This document shows positions 48,298 to 58,830 of a stretch of DNA of 64,000 bases, one piece after another. The notes beneath the pieces were generated by a model. It worked only from the letters and a program-made list of their open reading frames with translations, was not told the DNA's origin and did not search any database. The position numbers were made by a program, and so were the translations under genes. The DNA comes from Pseudomonadota bacterium (GTDB taxonomy: Bacteria > Pseudomonadota > Alphaproteobacteria > Micavibrionales > UBA2020). Each line of letters opens with the position of its first letter. The first letter of the stretch is position 1. The DNA is taken from assembly GCA_021845905.1 (NCBI GenBank), contig JAJZVA010000002.1, positions 12,577 through 76,576 on the forward strand, read 5' to 3'.

Positions 48298-50862
48298 TCA
48301 AACCACCACATTGATGATCCTGTCCGGGACGACGATGATTTTTTTAGGGCTTTTGCCGTCCAGCGCCTTTTGCACGGCGTCTTCGGCGAGCGCCGCCTTT
48401 TCCGCCGCCTGTTTTTCCATGCCGCGCGGGAGCGTCACGGTGGCGCGGAGCTTGCCGTTGACCTGGATCGCCATGGTGACGCTGTCGCTGACGCAGAGCG
48501 CGGGATCCGCCTCCGGCCATTTTTCATCGACGACCATGGTCGCGTGGCCGAGCTGCGCCCAGAGTTCTTCCGCGAGGTGCGGCATGACCGGCGACATCAG
48601 CTTGATGAGCGTTTCGAGGCCTTCGCGGAAAACGGTTGCGTCTCCGTCAAAGGCCTCCAGCGCGTTGGAAAGCTCGCGCATCTTCGCCACGGCCTTGTTG
48701 AAGTGGAATTTTTCAAGGTCCTGCGTCATGTCGCGGATGGTGACGTGGATCTTGCGGCGTAGCGCCATGCAAGCGTCTGCGTCAGCCGCGGCCCCGCCGC
48801 GCCCTTCGTGCGGCGCAGAGCCGCCGCCATTGACAAGCCGCCACAAGCGGTTCACGTATTTCCACGCGCCGTCGATGCCGGCCTCCGTCCATTCGAGGTC
48901 GCGCTCCGGCGGGCTGTCGGAGAGGATGAACAGGCGCGCCGCGTCCGCGCCGTAAGCGGAGATGATCTCGACGGGATCGACGGTGTTCTTTTTCGATTTC
49001 GACATCTTCTCGATGCGGCCGGGCGCGACCGGCGCGCCGTCGGATTTCCTGACCAGCGCGCCATTGTGTCCTTTTTCAATTTCGTCGGGATAGATCCACT
49101 TGCCGTCTTCGTCCTTGTACGACATGTGCGTGACCATGCCTTGCGTGAACAGCGCGGTGAAAGGCTCCTCGCACGAAATATAGCCGCATTTTTTGAGCGC
49201 GCGGGTGAAGAAGCGGGCGTAGAGAAGGTGCATGACGGCATGCTCGATGCCGCCGATGTACTGGTCGACCGGCGCCCAGTAGTCGGCTTTCGCCTTGTCG
49301 AAGCCGCGTTCCGTGTTGTGCGCGTCGGTATAGCGGAACTGGTACCACGAGCTTTCGAAGAAGGTGTCGAAGGTGTCCGTCTCGCGCGCCGCCGCGCCGC
49401 CGCATTGCGGGCATTCGACGTTTTTCCACGTCGGGTGGTTGGCGACCGGGTTGCCGGGTTTCTTGAAGTCGATGTCTTCGGGCAGCGTGACGGGCAAATC
49501 CTTTTCAGGCACGGGCACGACGCCGCACTTTTCGCAATGGATCACCGGCACGGGGCAGCCCCAGTAGCGCTGGCGCGAAACGCCCCAGTCGCGCAGGCGG
49601 TACAATGTCGTGCCTTCGCCCCTGTTCATGCCTTCGATGCGCCGGATCACTTCGGCTTTCGCGTCCTCGACCGTCATGCCGTTGAGGAAGTCGGAATGGC
49701 AAAGATGGCCGGGGCCGGTGTAGGCCTCGTTCTCGACCGTGAACGTGCCGGGATCGGATGAGAGGGGGATGACGACGGGTTGCACGTCGAGCGCGTATTT
49801 GCGGGCGAAATCGAGATCGCGCTGGTCGTGCGCGGGGCAGCCGAAGATCGCGCCGGTGCCGTAGTCCATCAGCACGAAGTTGGCGATGAAGACGCGCAGG
49901 GTCTTGTTCTTGAGGAAGGGATGATGCACCTGCAATCCGGTGTCGAAGCCGTTTTTCTCGGCCTTTTCGAGCGTCGCCTCGGAGGTGCCGAGGCGACGGC
50001 ATTCGGCGATGAAGTCTTTTATTCCCGCGTCTTTCTCCCCGAGCTCCAGCGACAGGGGATGATCGGGCGCGAGCGCGACGAACGACGCGCCGAAGAGCGT
50101 ATCGGGCCGCGTGGTGAAAATCTCGATCTGGCGGTCTTCATGATTGACGATGTCGAAGCGCAGTTTCAGGCCTTGCGATTTGCCGATCCAGTTCTCCTGC
50201 ATGAGGCGGACTTTGTCCGGCCAGCCGTCGAGCGTTTTGAGGCCGTCGAGCAGGTCGTCGGCGAAATCGGTGATCTTCAAAAACCACTGCTTGAGCGTGC
50301 GGCGCTCGACCGGCGCGCCCGAGCGCCAGCCCTTGCCGTCGACCACCTGCTCGTTGGCCAATACGCAATTATCGACCGGATCCCAGTTGACCATGCTTTC
50401 TTTTTGGTAAGCCAGTCCGGCTTTCAGGAAGTCGAGGAAGAATTTCTGCTCGTGGCGGTAATATTCCGGCAGGCAGGTGGTGACTTCGCGCTCCCAGTCG
50501 ATGGCGAGGCCCATGGATTTGAGCTGGCCTTTCATCACCGCGATATTTTCCAGCGTCCACTTGCGCGGATGCACGCCGCGCTCCAGCGCCGCGTTTTCGG
50601 CGGGCAGGCCGAAGGCGTCCCAGCCCATCGGATTCAGCACATTGAAGCCCTGCGCGCGCTTGAAGCGGGCGACGACGTCGCTCAAGGAATAGTTGCGCAC
50701 ATGCCCCATGTGCAGTTTGCCGGAAGGATAGGGAAACATGGCGAGGGCGTAGAATTTCGGGCGCGATGGATCTTCCTGCGCGGCGAAGCATTTCTTCCCG
50801 TCCCAGGCCTTCTGCCAGCGCCGTTCGGTTTCCGCGACGTTATATCTTTCCTGTCCCGTCAT
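48298..50862 (-). CDS. leuS: leucine--tRNA ligase
   Basis: 854 aa. Contains HMGHVRNY (HIGH) and KMSKSKKN (KMSKS). Confidence 0.97.
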   Translation of the reverse strand: MTGQERYNVAETERRWQKAWDGKKCFAAQEDPSRPKFYALAMFPYPSGKLHMGHVRNYSLSDVVARFKRAQGFNVLNPMGWDAFGLPAENAALERGVHPRKWTLENIAVMKGQLKSMGLAIDWEREVTTCLPEYYRHEQKFFLDFLKAGLAYQKESMVNWDPVDNCVLANEQVVDGKGWRSGAPVERRTLKQWFLKITDFADDLLDGLKTLDGWPDKVRLMQENWIGKSQGLKLRFDIVNHEDRQIEIFTTRPDTLFGASFVALAPDHPLSLELGEKDAGIKDFIAECRRLGTSEATLEKAEKNGFDTGLQVHHPFLKNKTLRVFIANFVLMDYGTGAIFGCPAHDQRDLDFARKYALDVQPVVIPLSSDPGTFTVENEAYTGPGHLCHSDFLNGMTVEDAKAEVIRRIEGMNRGEGTTLYRLRDWGVSRQRYWGCPVPVIHCEKCGVVPVPEKDLPVTLPEDIDFKKPGNPVANHPTWKNVECPQCGGAAARETDTFDTFFESSWYQFRYTDAHNTERGFDKAKADYWAPVDQYIGGIEHAVMHLLYARFFTRALKKCGYISCEEPFTALFTQGMVTHMSYKDEDGKWIYPDEIEKGHNGALVRKSDGAPVAPGRIEKMSKSKKNTVDPVEIISAYGADAARLFILSDSPPERDLEWTEAGIDGAWKYVNRLWRLVNGGGSAPHEGRGGAAADADACMALRRKIHVTIRDMTQDLEKFHFNKAVAKMRELSNALEAFDGDATVFREGLETLIKLMSPVMPHLAEELWAQLGHATMVVDEKWPEADPALCVSDSVTMAIQVNGKLRATVTLPRGMEKQAAEKAALAEDAVQKALDGKSPKKIIVVPDRIINVVV

Positions 50863-50871
50863 GTTCCGCCC

Positions 50872-51429
50872 CTACTGCGGCAGGGACAAGTCTGTCACGC
50901 GCAAGGTTCGCGCGCGGGTGAGGATGGCGTTTTCGATATTGTTCGCCATGTCGGGAGAGACTTTCTCGTTGCGCCAGTGGTTCTTGACCATCTTCTGGCG
51001 GAAGACCGAAACCCGCACGCCGTCGGCGCGGAGCTGCCTGTCCAGTATATAGACGTCGATCTTGAAGCGCTCGCCGGGGTGGCCCGGGTCTTCATACCAG
51101 TCGGTGAGGATCGTGCCGCCGAACGGGTCCGCCGAGGCGACCGGCATGAAGGCGATGGTGTCGAGCGAGGCGCGCCACAGATAGCTGTTGACGCCGACGC
51201 CGCTCCGCGAGGCGTTCTTGTTGCCGCTGGAGAAGAGGGCGGAGGTCAGGTCCTTGCCCTTGCCGAAGATGGTGGTGCGCGGCTGGTCTGTATATTGAAT
51301 CTTGTCCGAGCCGCGCGCGCGGGTCGGATAGCTCGCCTGCGTGTGGATCGAGCCGGGCGCGCAGGCCGAAAGGCTGGCCGCGACGGTCAGCGCGGCGAGG
51401 GCGGACAGGAAACGCGAGACACTCTTCAT
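50872..51429 (-). CDS. DUF3576 family lipoprotein
   Basis: Lipobox AASLSAC. The SYLWRASLDTIAFMPVASADPFGGTILTDWY block is as remembered for DUF3576, which typically neighbours leuS in Alphaproteobacteria. Confidence 0.7.
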   Translation of the reverse strand: MKSVSRFLSALAALTVAASLSACAPGSIHTQASYPTRARGSDKIQYTDQPRTTIFGKGKDLTSALFSSGNKNASRSGVGVNSYLWRASLDTIAFMPVASADPFGGTILTDWYEDPGHPGERFKIDVYILDRQLRADGVRVSVFRQKMVKNHWRNEKVSPDMANNIENAILTRARTLRVTDLSLPQ

Positions 51430-51742
51430 AGTATATATCCCCTTGAAAGACGTTCGATAATATCACTGATTAGCACGGAGCCGTTTCTTTTTAAAGGCGA
51501 TATCCGCAGGCGGTTATGAACAGGGGTATTTTATTCTTATGTCAAGAAACGGGCGAAAATGTGTTTTTCATGCAACAGTGTACGCCTTTTATCACAGAAA
51601 ACCGCTTGCCTTCATTGACGGTTTGAAAAAACCGCCCTACTTCTCTAGAGGAACGCGCAAAACGGGTCATTCAGCCCATCCTTGCGCTTCTTTATCAAAC
51701 CGCCCTCATCTTCAAAAGAAGGGCATCAATGGAGAAAACAGA

Positions 51743-52945
51743 ATGAAAAAACTGCTTATTGCAAGCACGGCGCTCGTCGGTGTGGCATTCATGGCCACGT
51801 CCGCGCACGCTGCGCTCAAGATGGACCTCGGCGGCTATTTCGATGGCTACGGCGTCTATGCCAACAACCACCCCGCCGCCGGCACGAACATCGCCAAGTA
51901 TGAGTTCGTTCGCGACAGCGAATTGCACATCAACGGCCAAACCACCCTCGACAACGGCCTGACGGTCGGCGCGCACTACCAAATGTACGTCGCTGGTCAG
52001 CAAATCGCCGCCGCTGCTCCGACGGCCATCAATTCGCGCCTGGTCGCTTCTTCCAGCCAGTTCCCGCAATCGACGACCACCAACACCACGATCGTTGACG
52101 AAGCTTACGTCTACGGTCAGGGCGGCTGGGGCCGCGTCAACTTCGGTGAAGAAGACGGCGCAGCCTACTTGCTGCAAGTCGCCGCTCCTTCGGCCGACAG
52201 CAACGTCGACGGCATGCGCGTTTACGTGCAGGACCTCAACACGTCCGCCTGGAACAGCAACCTCGCTGGCGTCGTTCTCGACTACCAGCAAGCTGACTTC
52301 CGCGGCACGGACCGCCTGACCTACCTGACGCCGAAATTCAACGGCTTCCAGGCTGGCCTGTCCTACGCTCCGTACCCGAACCAGTCGCTCGTCGGCAGCA
52401 GCGTTGGCGCTCCTTCCACGACGAACGTCCTGACGCAGTTCAAGGCTCCTTGGGAAGTCGCCGCCCGTTGGGATGGCGCTTATCAGGGCGTAGCCATGAG
52501 CGTCGGCGCCGGTTATTCCTACGCCGCGTCTGAAAACACCACCGGCACTGCCGGCACGGTCGGCACGACCGCTCTGAAGACCTACAACTTCGGTGCGAAC
52601 GTGGCGATGCAGGGCTTCAGCCTCGGCGGTGCGTACAAGCACTCCAACAACGGTATCTCCGGCGCGACCGGCGGTGCTGACACCATCGTCTATGACTTCG
52701 GTGCTGCATACGACAACGGTCCGTACCATGCCGGTCTGTCCTACTTCCACGAGAAGTTCGACCAGGGCCTGCTGGCTGCCGCGACCGGTTCTTCCACGGT
52801 TCATCGTTATGCTCTCGGCGGCGGTTACACGTTCGCTCCCGGCATGACGTTCCGCGGCGCTGTCACCTGGGGTGCGTATGATCCCACGGGTGCTGCCCAC
52901 ACGAACTTCCAGCAAGTCACCCTCGGCACGGACATCCAGTTCTAA
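51743..52945 (+). CDS. outer-membrane porin
   Basis: The start MKKLLIASTALVGVAFMATSAHA is a signal peptide, preceded by GGAGAA. The sequence has alternating beta-strand character and a C-terminal ...LGTDIQF. The track ORF is over-extended at the 5' end. Confidence 0.8.
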   Translation: MKKLLIASTALVGVAFMATSAHAALKMDLGGYFDGYGVYANNHPAAGTNIAKYEFVRDSELHINGQTTLDNGLTVGAHYQMYVAGQQIAAAAPTAINSRLVASSSQFPQSTTTNTTIVDEAYVYGQGGWGRVNFGEEDGAAYLLQVAAPSADSNVDGMRVYVQDLNTSAWNSNLAGVVLDYQQADFRGTDRLTYLTPKFNGFQAGLSYAPYPNQSLVGSSVGAPSTTNVLTQFKAPWEVAARWDGAYQGVAMSVGAGYSYAASENTTGTAGTVGTTALKTYNFGANVAMQGFSLGGAYKHSNNGISGATGGADTIVYDFGAAYDNGPYHAGLSYFHEKFDQGLLAAATGSSTVHRYALGGGYTFAPGMTFRGAVTWGAYDPTGAAHTNFQQVTLGTDIQF

Positions 52946-52987
52946 TCTGGCCGTCTAGCCTGAACGACTTGTTTGTTCGGACTAAAA

Positions 52988-53025
52988 GAGAGGCGTTCCC
53001 CAAGGGGAGCGCCTCTTCTTTTTTG
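52988..53025 (+). terminator. Rho-independent terminator of the porin gene
   Basis: GAGAGGCGTTCCCC-AA-GGGGAGCGCCTCTTC followed by TTTTTT. Confidence 0.8.
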
Positions 53026-53096
53026 AAGATCCGCTTTCGTCTTTCCATTCTCTTTGGAGCCGTTTACACTTGCGCTGTCGCCGCATTTTTTGCGGC

Positions 53097-53280
53097 AACC
53101 GGGGCTTAAGAATCCCGTAACTAGCGGTGACGTGACCGTATATCACGTCGCTTCTCCGGCTTTCATGCCCGGGAGGCGGCGGCGCATGTCCAGAGCTTCG
53201 GCTTAAAGGCCGTCGCGGTCGTCTAGTTACGACTTCTTAACTCCCGGCGCCAGAGAATTCTCTCTGGCGCCTTCTTCTTG
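53097..53280 (+). ncRNA. candidate structured small RNA of unknown class
   Basis: A long-range closing helix of about 22 bp pairs 53099-53124 with 53223-53247 (CGTAACTAG/CTAGTTACG, TTAAGAA/TTCTTAA, CCGGGG/CTCCCGG). It encloses three hairpins. The region ends in an 11-bp GC-rich hairpin (53246-53271) followed by TTCTTCTT. No coding potential. Confidence 0.35.
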
Positions 53281-53355
53281 AAAGGGAGCAAGACCGTGCG
53301 CAAAGACGACAGCATCCACGCCAGGAACATGAAAAAACCTCGCCGAAGAACTCCG

Positions 53356-53405
53356 CCGCATGTCGCGGCTGGAGCCGCCGTATGACGTCTGCTTCAAAAA
53401 CGCGC
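53356..53405 (+). other. 50-nt conserved element, copy 2 (47/50 identical to 10085-10134)
   Basis: CCGCATGTCGCGGCTGGAGCCGCCGTATGACGTCTGCTTCAAAAACGCGC. The motif ACGACAGCATC is also present upstream (53306-53316), in the same order and orientation as copy 1. Confidence 0.4.
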
Positions 53406-53621
53406 CGGACATCTCGCGCGGCATCTGGCATCTCGCCGCCTTTTATCTTGATGGCGAGGAACGGGAGAGAATCTCAAAATAAATCGTCAATTCAAGAGGA
53501 TAGCGCCTGAGTTCAGGGGCGAATTATTTTCGTTGTTCTTTCGGCGGGGCAGGCCTAGATTTATCGCAGTGCAACAAACAAGGCCGTTGTTCTGCAACGC
53601 GCCCAACCTATGAGGTAAGAT

Positions 53622-54824
53622 ATGCAAAATAATGATCCTGCCAAAGATCCGGTTGTCATCGTCTCCATGGCCCGCACGCCGATGGGCGCGTTTCAGGGCG
53701 AGCTTTCAAGCTTCACGGCGGTCGAGCTCGGCTCCGCCGCCATCGCCGAAACCCTGAAGCGCGGCGGCCTCAACGCCACCGATGTGGACGACGTGATCAT
53801 GGGGTGCGTTTTGCCCGCAGGGCTGGGTCAGGCGCCCGCGCGTCAGGCGGCGCTCGGCGCGGGATTGCCGGAAGCGACCGGCGCGACCACGGTCAACAAG
53901 GTCTGCGGCTCGGGCATGCGCGCGGTGATGATCGCCCACGACCAGCTGATCGCGGGATCGACCACCCTCACCATCGCCGGCGGCATGGAGAGCATGAGCA
54001 ACGCCCCTTATCTGCTCGACAAGGCGCGCGGCGGCTACCGCATGGGCCACGGCAAGGTTTACGACCATATGTTCCTCGACGGGCTGGAAGACGCCTACGA
54101 CAAGGGCCAGGCGATGGGCGTGTTCGCCGACGAAACGGCCAGCAAATTGCAGATCACCCGCGACGATCAGGACAAGTTCGCGCTCGCCTCTCTGGAGCGC
54201 GCCACCCGCGCCATCAAAGACGGCGATTTCAAGGCCGAGATCGTGCCGCTGACGGTGAAATCGAAGAAGGGCGACACCGTCGTCGCCGACGACGAAGGCC
54301 CGAGCCGCGCCAGGCCGGAAAAAATCCCCACGCTCAAGCCCGCCTTCACGCCCGACGGCACGGTGACGGCGGCGACCTCCAGCTCCATCTCCGACGGCGC
54401 GGCGGCGCTCTTGCTGATGCGCAAGTCGGAAGCGGAGAAACGCGGCCTCAAGATCATCGCCGCGATCCGCGCCCACGCGACCCATGCGCAAAAACCGGCG
54501 GAATTCACCATCGCCCCGGTCGGCGCGACCAGAAAGGTCGTCGAAAAGGCCGGCTGGAGCCTGAAAGACGTCGAACTGTTCGAGATCAACGAGGCTTTCG
54601 CCGTGGTGACGCTCGCCGCGATGCGCGAGCTGGGCTTGCCGCACGACAAAGTCAACGTGAACGGCGGCGCCTGCGCCCTCGGCCACCCGATCGGCTGCTC
54701 GGGCGCGCGGATCATCGTCACGTTGCTCGGCGCGATGGAGAAACGCGGCCTCAAAAAAGGCGTCGCGTCGCTCTGCATCGGCGGCGGCGAGGCGACGGCG
54801 GTCGCGCTTGAGCGCGTCGCTTGA
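53622..54824 (+). CDS. acetyl-CoA C-acetyltransferase (thiolase II)
   Basis: 400 aa. Contains VNKVCGSGMRAV, GHPIGCSGARI and CIGGGEA. Confidence 0.92.
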   Translation: MQNNDPAKDPVVIVSMARTPMGAFQGELSSFTAVELGSAAIAETLKRGGLNATDVDDVIMGCVLPAGLGQAPARQAALGAGLPEATGATTVNKVCGSGMRAVMIAHDQLIAGSTTLTIAGGMESMSNAPYLLDKARGGYRMGHGKVYDHMFLDGLEDAYDKGQAMGVFADETASKLQITRDDQDKFALASLERATRAIKDGDFKAEIVPLTVKSKKGDTVVADDEGPSRARPEKIPTLKPAFTPDGTVTAATSSSISDGAAALLLMRKSEAEKRGLKIIAAIRAHATHAQKPAEFTIAPVGATRKVVEKAGWSLKDVELFEINEAFAVVTLAAMRELGLPHDKVNVNGGACALGHPIGCSGARIIVTLLGAMEKRGLKKGVASLCIGGGEATAVALERVA

Positions 54825-55010
54825 TGTATATTCATGCGTCGCGTGACCGGGCTTTCGCGCGGCTGACATATATTGCGCGCCGCGCCGCCGGGTTTTGCGC
54901 GGCAATATCCGCCCTGCATGCGCCCATATTCAGGACGGCGCAAGGCACTATTTGATTTCCTTTTGCGCCGCGCTTTCCTATAATGCGGAGAGCATGACGG
55001 GAGGAATTTC

Positions 55011-55385
55011 ATGAACCGGAAAAATTCGAAGCGCAATTTCATCTATGCCTGCGTCGCGGCGGCGCTGCTGGTTTCAGCCGCGCCGTCTTTCGCCGCGAAG
55101 GCGAAAGGAACCGCCGCGCCCGCGCCGCAAGCGGCGCTCGCCGCGCGCAAGAAAGCGCTGCTCAGCGACATCAACGCGCGCATCGACGGCCTGCGCAAAA
55201 AGCAGGCCTGCATCAAGGTGGCAAAGGACAAGACCGCCATGCGCGAATGCTTCAACCCCTCGGCGGCCCGGGACATGCGTCCTCCGAACAAAGAACCCAT
55301 GCGCCCCCGGAACGAAAAATCCCCCCGCGCCGCGCAGAAGGAAGCCGCGCCGGCGGATTCCGCGCCGCCCGCGCCCGCGAAGTAA
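55011..55385 (+). CDS. hypothetical secreted protein
   Basis: 124 aa. It has a signal peptide ending SFAAKA, two Cys residues, and a basic P-rich tail. Confidence 0.45.
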   Translation: MNRKNSKRNFIYACVAAALLVSAAPSFAAKAKGTAAPAPQAALAARKKALLSDINARIDGLRKKQACIKVAKDKTAMRECFNPSAARDMRPPNKEPMRPRNEKSPRAAQKEAAPADSAPPAPAK

Positions 55386-55414
55386 AGGGTTGATCTTATG
55401 AGCCACGCTTTTTC

Positions 55415-57367
55415 ATGAGCGTAAAGAAACCGAAACGGAGACCGGCGAAAAAGAAAACGCGCCGGAACGCGGCGAAGAGAAAGAGCCTGCGGCGCAGACT
55501 TATCGCCTTGGCGGCGCTTCTGCTTGCGGCGGCGGGCTTTTATCTCCTTCACGGCCTGCCGAGCCTCGACAACGCCAAGCCGATCAATGCCCGCCCGAGC
55601 GTCACCATCCTCGCCGTCGACGGCACGCCCATCGCCCGCTTCGGCGGCCTGCAGGGGCGCATCCTTGCGATCAGCGACGTGCCGCCGGATCTGGTGCACG
55701 CGGTTTTGTCGGTCGAGAACCGCGATTTCTATTCCGACTACGGCATCGAGCCGCTGGCCATCCTGCGCGCGGCGTGGGTCAACCTCAAGGCGGGGCGCTG
55801 GGTCGAGGGCGCGTCGACCATCACCCAGCAGCTGGCGAAGAATTTGTTCCTCACGCCCAACAAGACGCTGCGCCGCAAGGCGCAGGAGGCGATCATCGCG
55901 CTCGAGCTCACGCATAAATACAGCAAAGACCAGATTTTGATGGCTTATCTCAACCGCGTCTATTTCGGCAACGGCGCCTACGGCGTCGACGCGGCGGCGG
56001 AGCTTTATTTCAACGAGCGGGCGTCGCGGCTCGACCTCTTCCAGTCGGCGATGCTGGCGGGGCTTTTGCGCGCGCCGGAATATTATTCGCCCGACGTCCA
56101 CCCGCGCCGCGCCATGGCCCGCACGCACATGGTGCTGCACGAGATGATCGAAGCGGGATACATCACGCCCCGCGCCGCGCACGAGGCCTACGAAAACGGG
56201 CGGCTGCCGCAGCATTTCGCCACCGCGGGCGACCTCAACCGCTATTTCGCCGCCTGGGTTTTGGGCCAGATCGACGGCTTCACCGCCTCGACCACCAACG
56301 ACCTCACCGTCAAGACGACGCTTGATCCGCAACTTCAGCTCATGGCGGAATCGCAGGCCAGGCGCGTCTTCGAACATATCCCCAAGGACCGCCATGTCAC
56401 GCAGATGGCGCTGGTGACCGAAGCGCCCGACGGCGCGGTGCTCGCCATGATCGGCGGGCGCGATTACGCCAGGAGCCAGTACAACCGCGCGACGCAGGCC
56501 CTGCGCCAGCCCGGCTCGACCGTCAAGCCGTTCGTCTATCTCGCCGCGCTCGAGAACGGCTGGACGCCGCAAAGCACCATCTCCGCCGCGCCGATCAAGA
56601 CCGGCGACTATCACCCCAACAATTACGACGACGAGAGCTACGGCGCCGTCACGCTGGCCGAAGCCTTGCAGAAATCGCTCAATACCGCGACCGTGAGGCT
56701 TTTGCGCGACATCGGCGTCGAGAAGTTCATCGACGTCGCGCGGCGCGCGGGCTTCACCCACCTGCCCAAGGACGAGCTCTCCTCCGCGCTCGGCGCGGAC
56801 AACGTCGACCTGCTCGAGCTGACCAACGCCTATGCCACGCTGGCCTCCGGCGGGAAGGAAACCTGGCCTTACGCCGTGCTTTCGATCACCGACAGCGCCG
56901 GAAACCTGATCTACCAGCGCCAGCCGCCGGAGCGCGAACAGGTCTTTTCATCCGCGCACGTCGCGGCGCTCGACGGCATGATGCAGGGCGTCGTCGCCCC
57001 CGGCGGCACCGGCGCGCACGCCGCCATTCCCGGCGTCGCCGTCGCGGGCAAAACCGGCACTTCGCAGAATTTCCGCGACGCGTGGTTCATCGGCTTCACG
57101 CAGAAGCTCGTCACCGGCGTCTGGATGGGCAACGACGACGACAGCCCGATGCATTCCGTCACCGGCGGCATGTATCCCGCCGAACTGTGGCATGATTACA
57201 TGGGCGCGGTGGAAGGCTTCACCCTGCCGCAATTCGTGCCGGAAACGGCGCAATCGCTGGTGCCCGCGGACAACGCCTTCGCCGACATGCTGAACCGCTG
57301 GTCGTCCGGCGGGGGAGATTTCCTCAACGGCTTCAGAGGCAGCGACAAGCCGGTTTACAATCATTAA
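55415..57367 (+). CDS. class A penicillin-binding protein (glycosyltransferase/transpeptidase)
   Basis: N-terminal TM segment. GT51 motifs ENRDFYSDYG and RKAQEAIIALELT, plus transpeptidase STVKP and KTGTSQ. Confidence 0.9.
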   Translation: MSVKKPKRRPAKKKTRRNAAKRKSLRRRLIALAALLLAAAGFYLLHGLPSLDNAKPINARPSVTILAVDGTPIARFGGLQGRILAISDVPPDLVHAVLSVENRDFYSDYGIEPLAILRAAWVNLKAGRWVEGASTITQQLAKNLFLTPNKTLRRKAQEAIIALELTHKYSKDQILMAYLNRVYFGNGAYGVDAAAELYFNERASRLDLFQSAMLAGLLRAPEYYSPDVHPRRAMARTHMVLHEMIEAGYITPRAAHEAYENGRLPQHFATAGDLNRYFAAWVLGQIDGFTASTTNDLTVKTTLDPQLQLMAESQARRVFEHIPKDRHVTQMALVTEAPDGAVLAMIGGRDYARSQYNRATQALRQPGSTVKPFVYLAALENGWTPQSTISAAPIKTGDYHPNNYDDESYGAVTLAEALQKSLNTATVRLLRDIGVEKFIDVARRAGFTHLPKDELSSALGADNVDLLELTNAYATLASGGKETWPYAVLSITDSAGNLIYQRQPPEREQVFSSAHVAALDGMMQGVVAPGGTGAHAAIPGVAVAGKTGTSQNFRDAWFIGFTQKLVTGVWMGNDDDSPMHSVTGGMYPAELWHDYMGAVEGFTLPQFVPETAQSLVPADNAFADMLNRWSSGGGDFLNGFRGSDKPVYNH

Positions 57368-57653
57368 TTTCCGCCGTTCCTCCCCGGCGGGCGTGAAAAC
57401 CCTTGACGCTTTGTCCGAATCCATCCAAGATCTTTCTCATGATCTACAGAGGAAACACACCGGCGGGTCTTCCCCCGCGCACGCCACGACGTACCGGCGC
57501 GGCCTGAGGACCTTTAAAAGTCCGATGCAGCCGCCGGGAGCGCATGACCTCGATCCTTCAGGCACAGCCCCAAAAACCACCGCGATATTTGTTCCAGGGC
57601 GGAACGAGTGCGACGCGGTGCCGTCTGATCTTCAGAAACAGGGGCGTCCCCAC

Positions 57654-58409
57654 ATGACTACCGACATCGACCGGCTGGAAGTCCTCGAAACCGGCGCGCT
57701 GAAAAAGACCGGCGACGCCTATCATCTCGTCGCGCTCGGCGAAGACCATATCGACCAGATCCTCGCGCTCGAGGACATCGCCTTCCGGAGCCTCGGCGCG
57801 GATGAGCAGCATTATCTCCTGCGCAAGGACCGTGCCTATTTCGAAAAGCATTTCGCCGCCGGCGGCACGATGCTCGGCATCGCGCACGAAGGCCGGCTGA
57901 TCGCCCAGAGCATCGTCATCAACCCGACGGCCGCGCGCCCCGCCACCGGCATGAGCGACATGAAGATCGACGCCGACGCCGACGCGCTGACCGTGCTGGG
58001 CGGCGTCATCGTCGACCCCGCCTTTCGCGGCAACAGGCTGATGGACGCGATGGTGCGCCGCTGGCTCGCCGACGCGGGGAAAAACGGCCGCACCCACGCG
58101 CTCGCCGAGGTCGCGGTCGAAAACACCCACAGCTGGTCGATCTTCTTAAAAGAAGGCCTGCATATCGAGAGCATCGGCGCGGACCCGGCGGACAAGACCG
58201 ACCTTTACAACATGCACGGGCATATCCCCAGCCTGAAAGCCGTCTTCAACGCCAGCGCGCGCCGCACCGGACGGGTCGCGCACCTCGATCTCGCGCGGCA
58301 GAAAAAGCTTCTCGCCAAGGGGCGCAAGGGCGTCGCCTTCGACCCCGCCGCGGGCATGCTGACGTTCGCGCCGCGCAAGAAGAAAGACTGCGCAGGCTTC
58401 AGGATTTAG
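57654..58409 (+). CDS. GNAT-like N-acetyltransferase (tentative)
   Basis: Start at MTTDIDRLE. VLGGVIVDPAFRGNRLMDAMVRRWL resembles the acetyl-CoA binding R/Q-x-x-G-x-G/A region. The track ORF is over-extended at the 5' end. Confidence 0.5.
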   Translation: MTTDIDRLEVLETGALKKTGDAYHLVALGEDHIDQILALEDIAFRSLGADEQHYLLRKDRAYFEKHFAAGGTMLGIAHEGRLIAQSIVINPTAARPATGMSDMKIDADADALTVLGGVIVDPAFRGNRLMDAMVRRWLADAGKNGRTHALAEVAVENTHSWSIFLKEGLHIESIGADPADKTDLYNMHGHIPSLKAVFNASARRTGRVAHLDLARQKKLLAKGRKGVAFDPAAGMLTFAPRKKKDCAGFRI

Positions 58410-58416
58410 GCGCGGA

Positions 58417-58692
58417 TTATTGCACGACGACGGCGCAGGCGGCGCAGGTTTGGACGTTGTGCACGTCGCCGGTGCCGAGCAGCGCGGAGATCTTTCCGGA
58501 GATGAGGCTTGCGACGCGGTTGGCGGAAAGATGGTTTTTGACGGCGCGTTCCTGCGGAGCGCCGCTTTTCATGGGTTGCACGGCGGCGGTTTTCACCGCG
58601 TTCCTGCCCGGGGCGGCGAAAGCCGTGCCCGATGTTAGAAAGATGGCCGCGAGAAGAATGATGGCGATGGATAAGAGAGCCGTGGCGCGCAT
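58417..58692 (-). CDS. small secreted protein (hypothetical)
   Basis: 91 aa. Signal peptide MRATALLSIAIILLAAIFLTSGTAFA and a Cys pair near the C-terminus. Confidence 0.4.
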   Translation of the reverse strand: MRATALLSIAIILLAAIFLTSGTAFAAPGRNAVKTAAVQPMKSGAPQERAVKNHLSANRVASLISGKISALLGTGDVHNVQTCAACAVVVQ

Positions 58693-58771
58693 GACATGTT
58701 CCTTGTTTTAATTATGTATATGCAATGCGCGCGCCGCTGACAAGCAGAAAATGCAGGCAAAAAATCATGAT

Positions 58772-58806
58772 AAAAAAACGGCGTCCGGAAATTCAGTCCG
58801 GACGCC
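58772..58806 (-). terminator. Rho-independent terminator downstream of the 58831-59223 gene
   Basis: On the minus strand, GGCGTCCGGA-CTGAATT-TCCGGACGCC is followed by GTTTTTTT. Confidence 0.8.
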
Positions 58807-58830
58807 ATGCTTTGAAAGATTTCGCGTGCG

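Noticed and set aside
53480-53620. PhaR-type operator or other regulatory palindrome upstream of the second thiolase (GCAACAA...TTGTTCTGC).
   Set aside because: The inverted repeat is short and imperfect, and I cannot match it confidently to a described operator consensus. I have not reported it as a feature.
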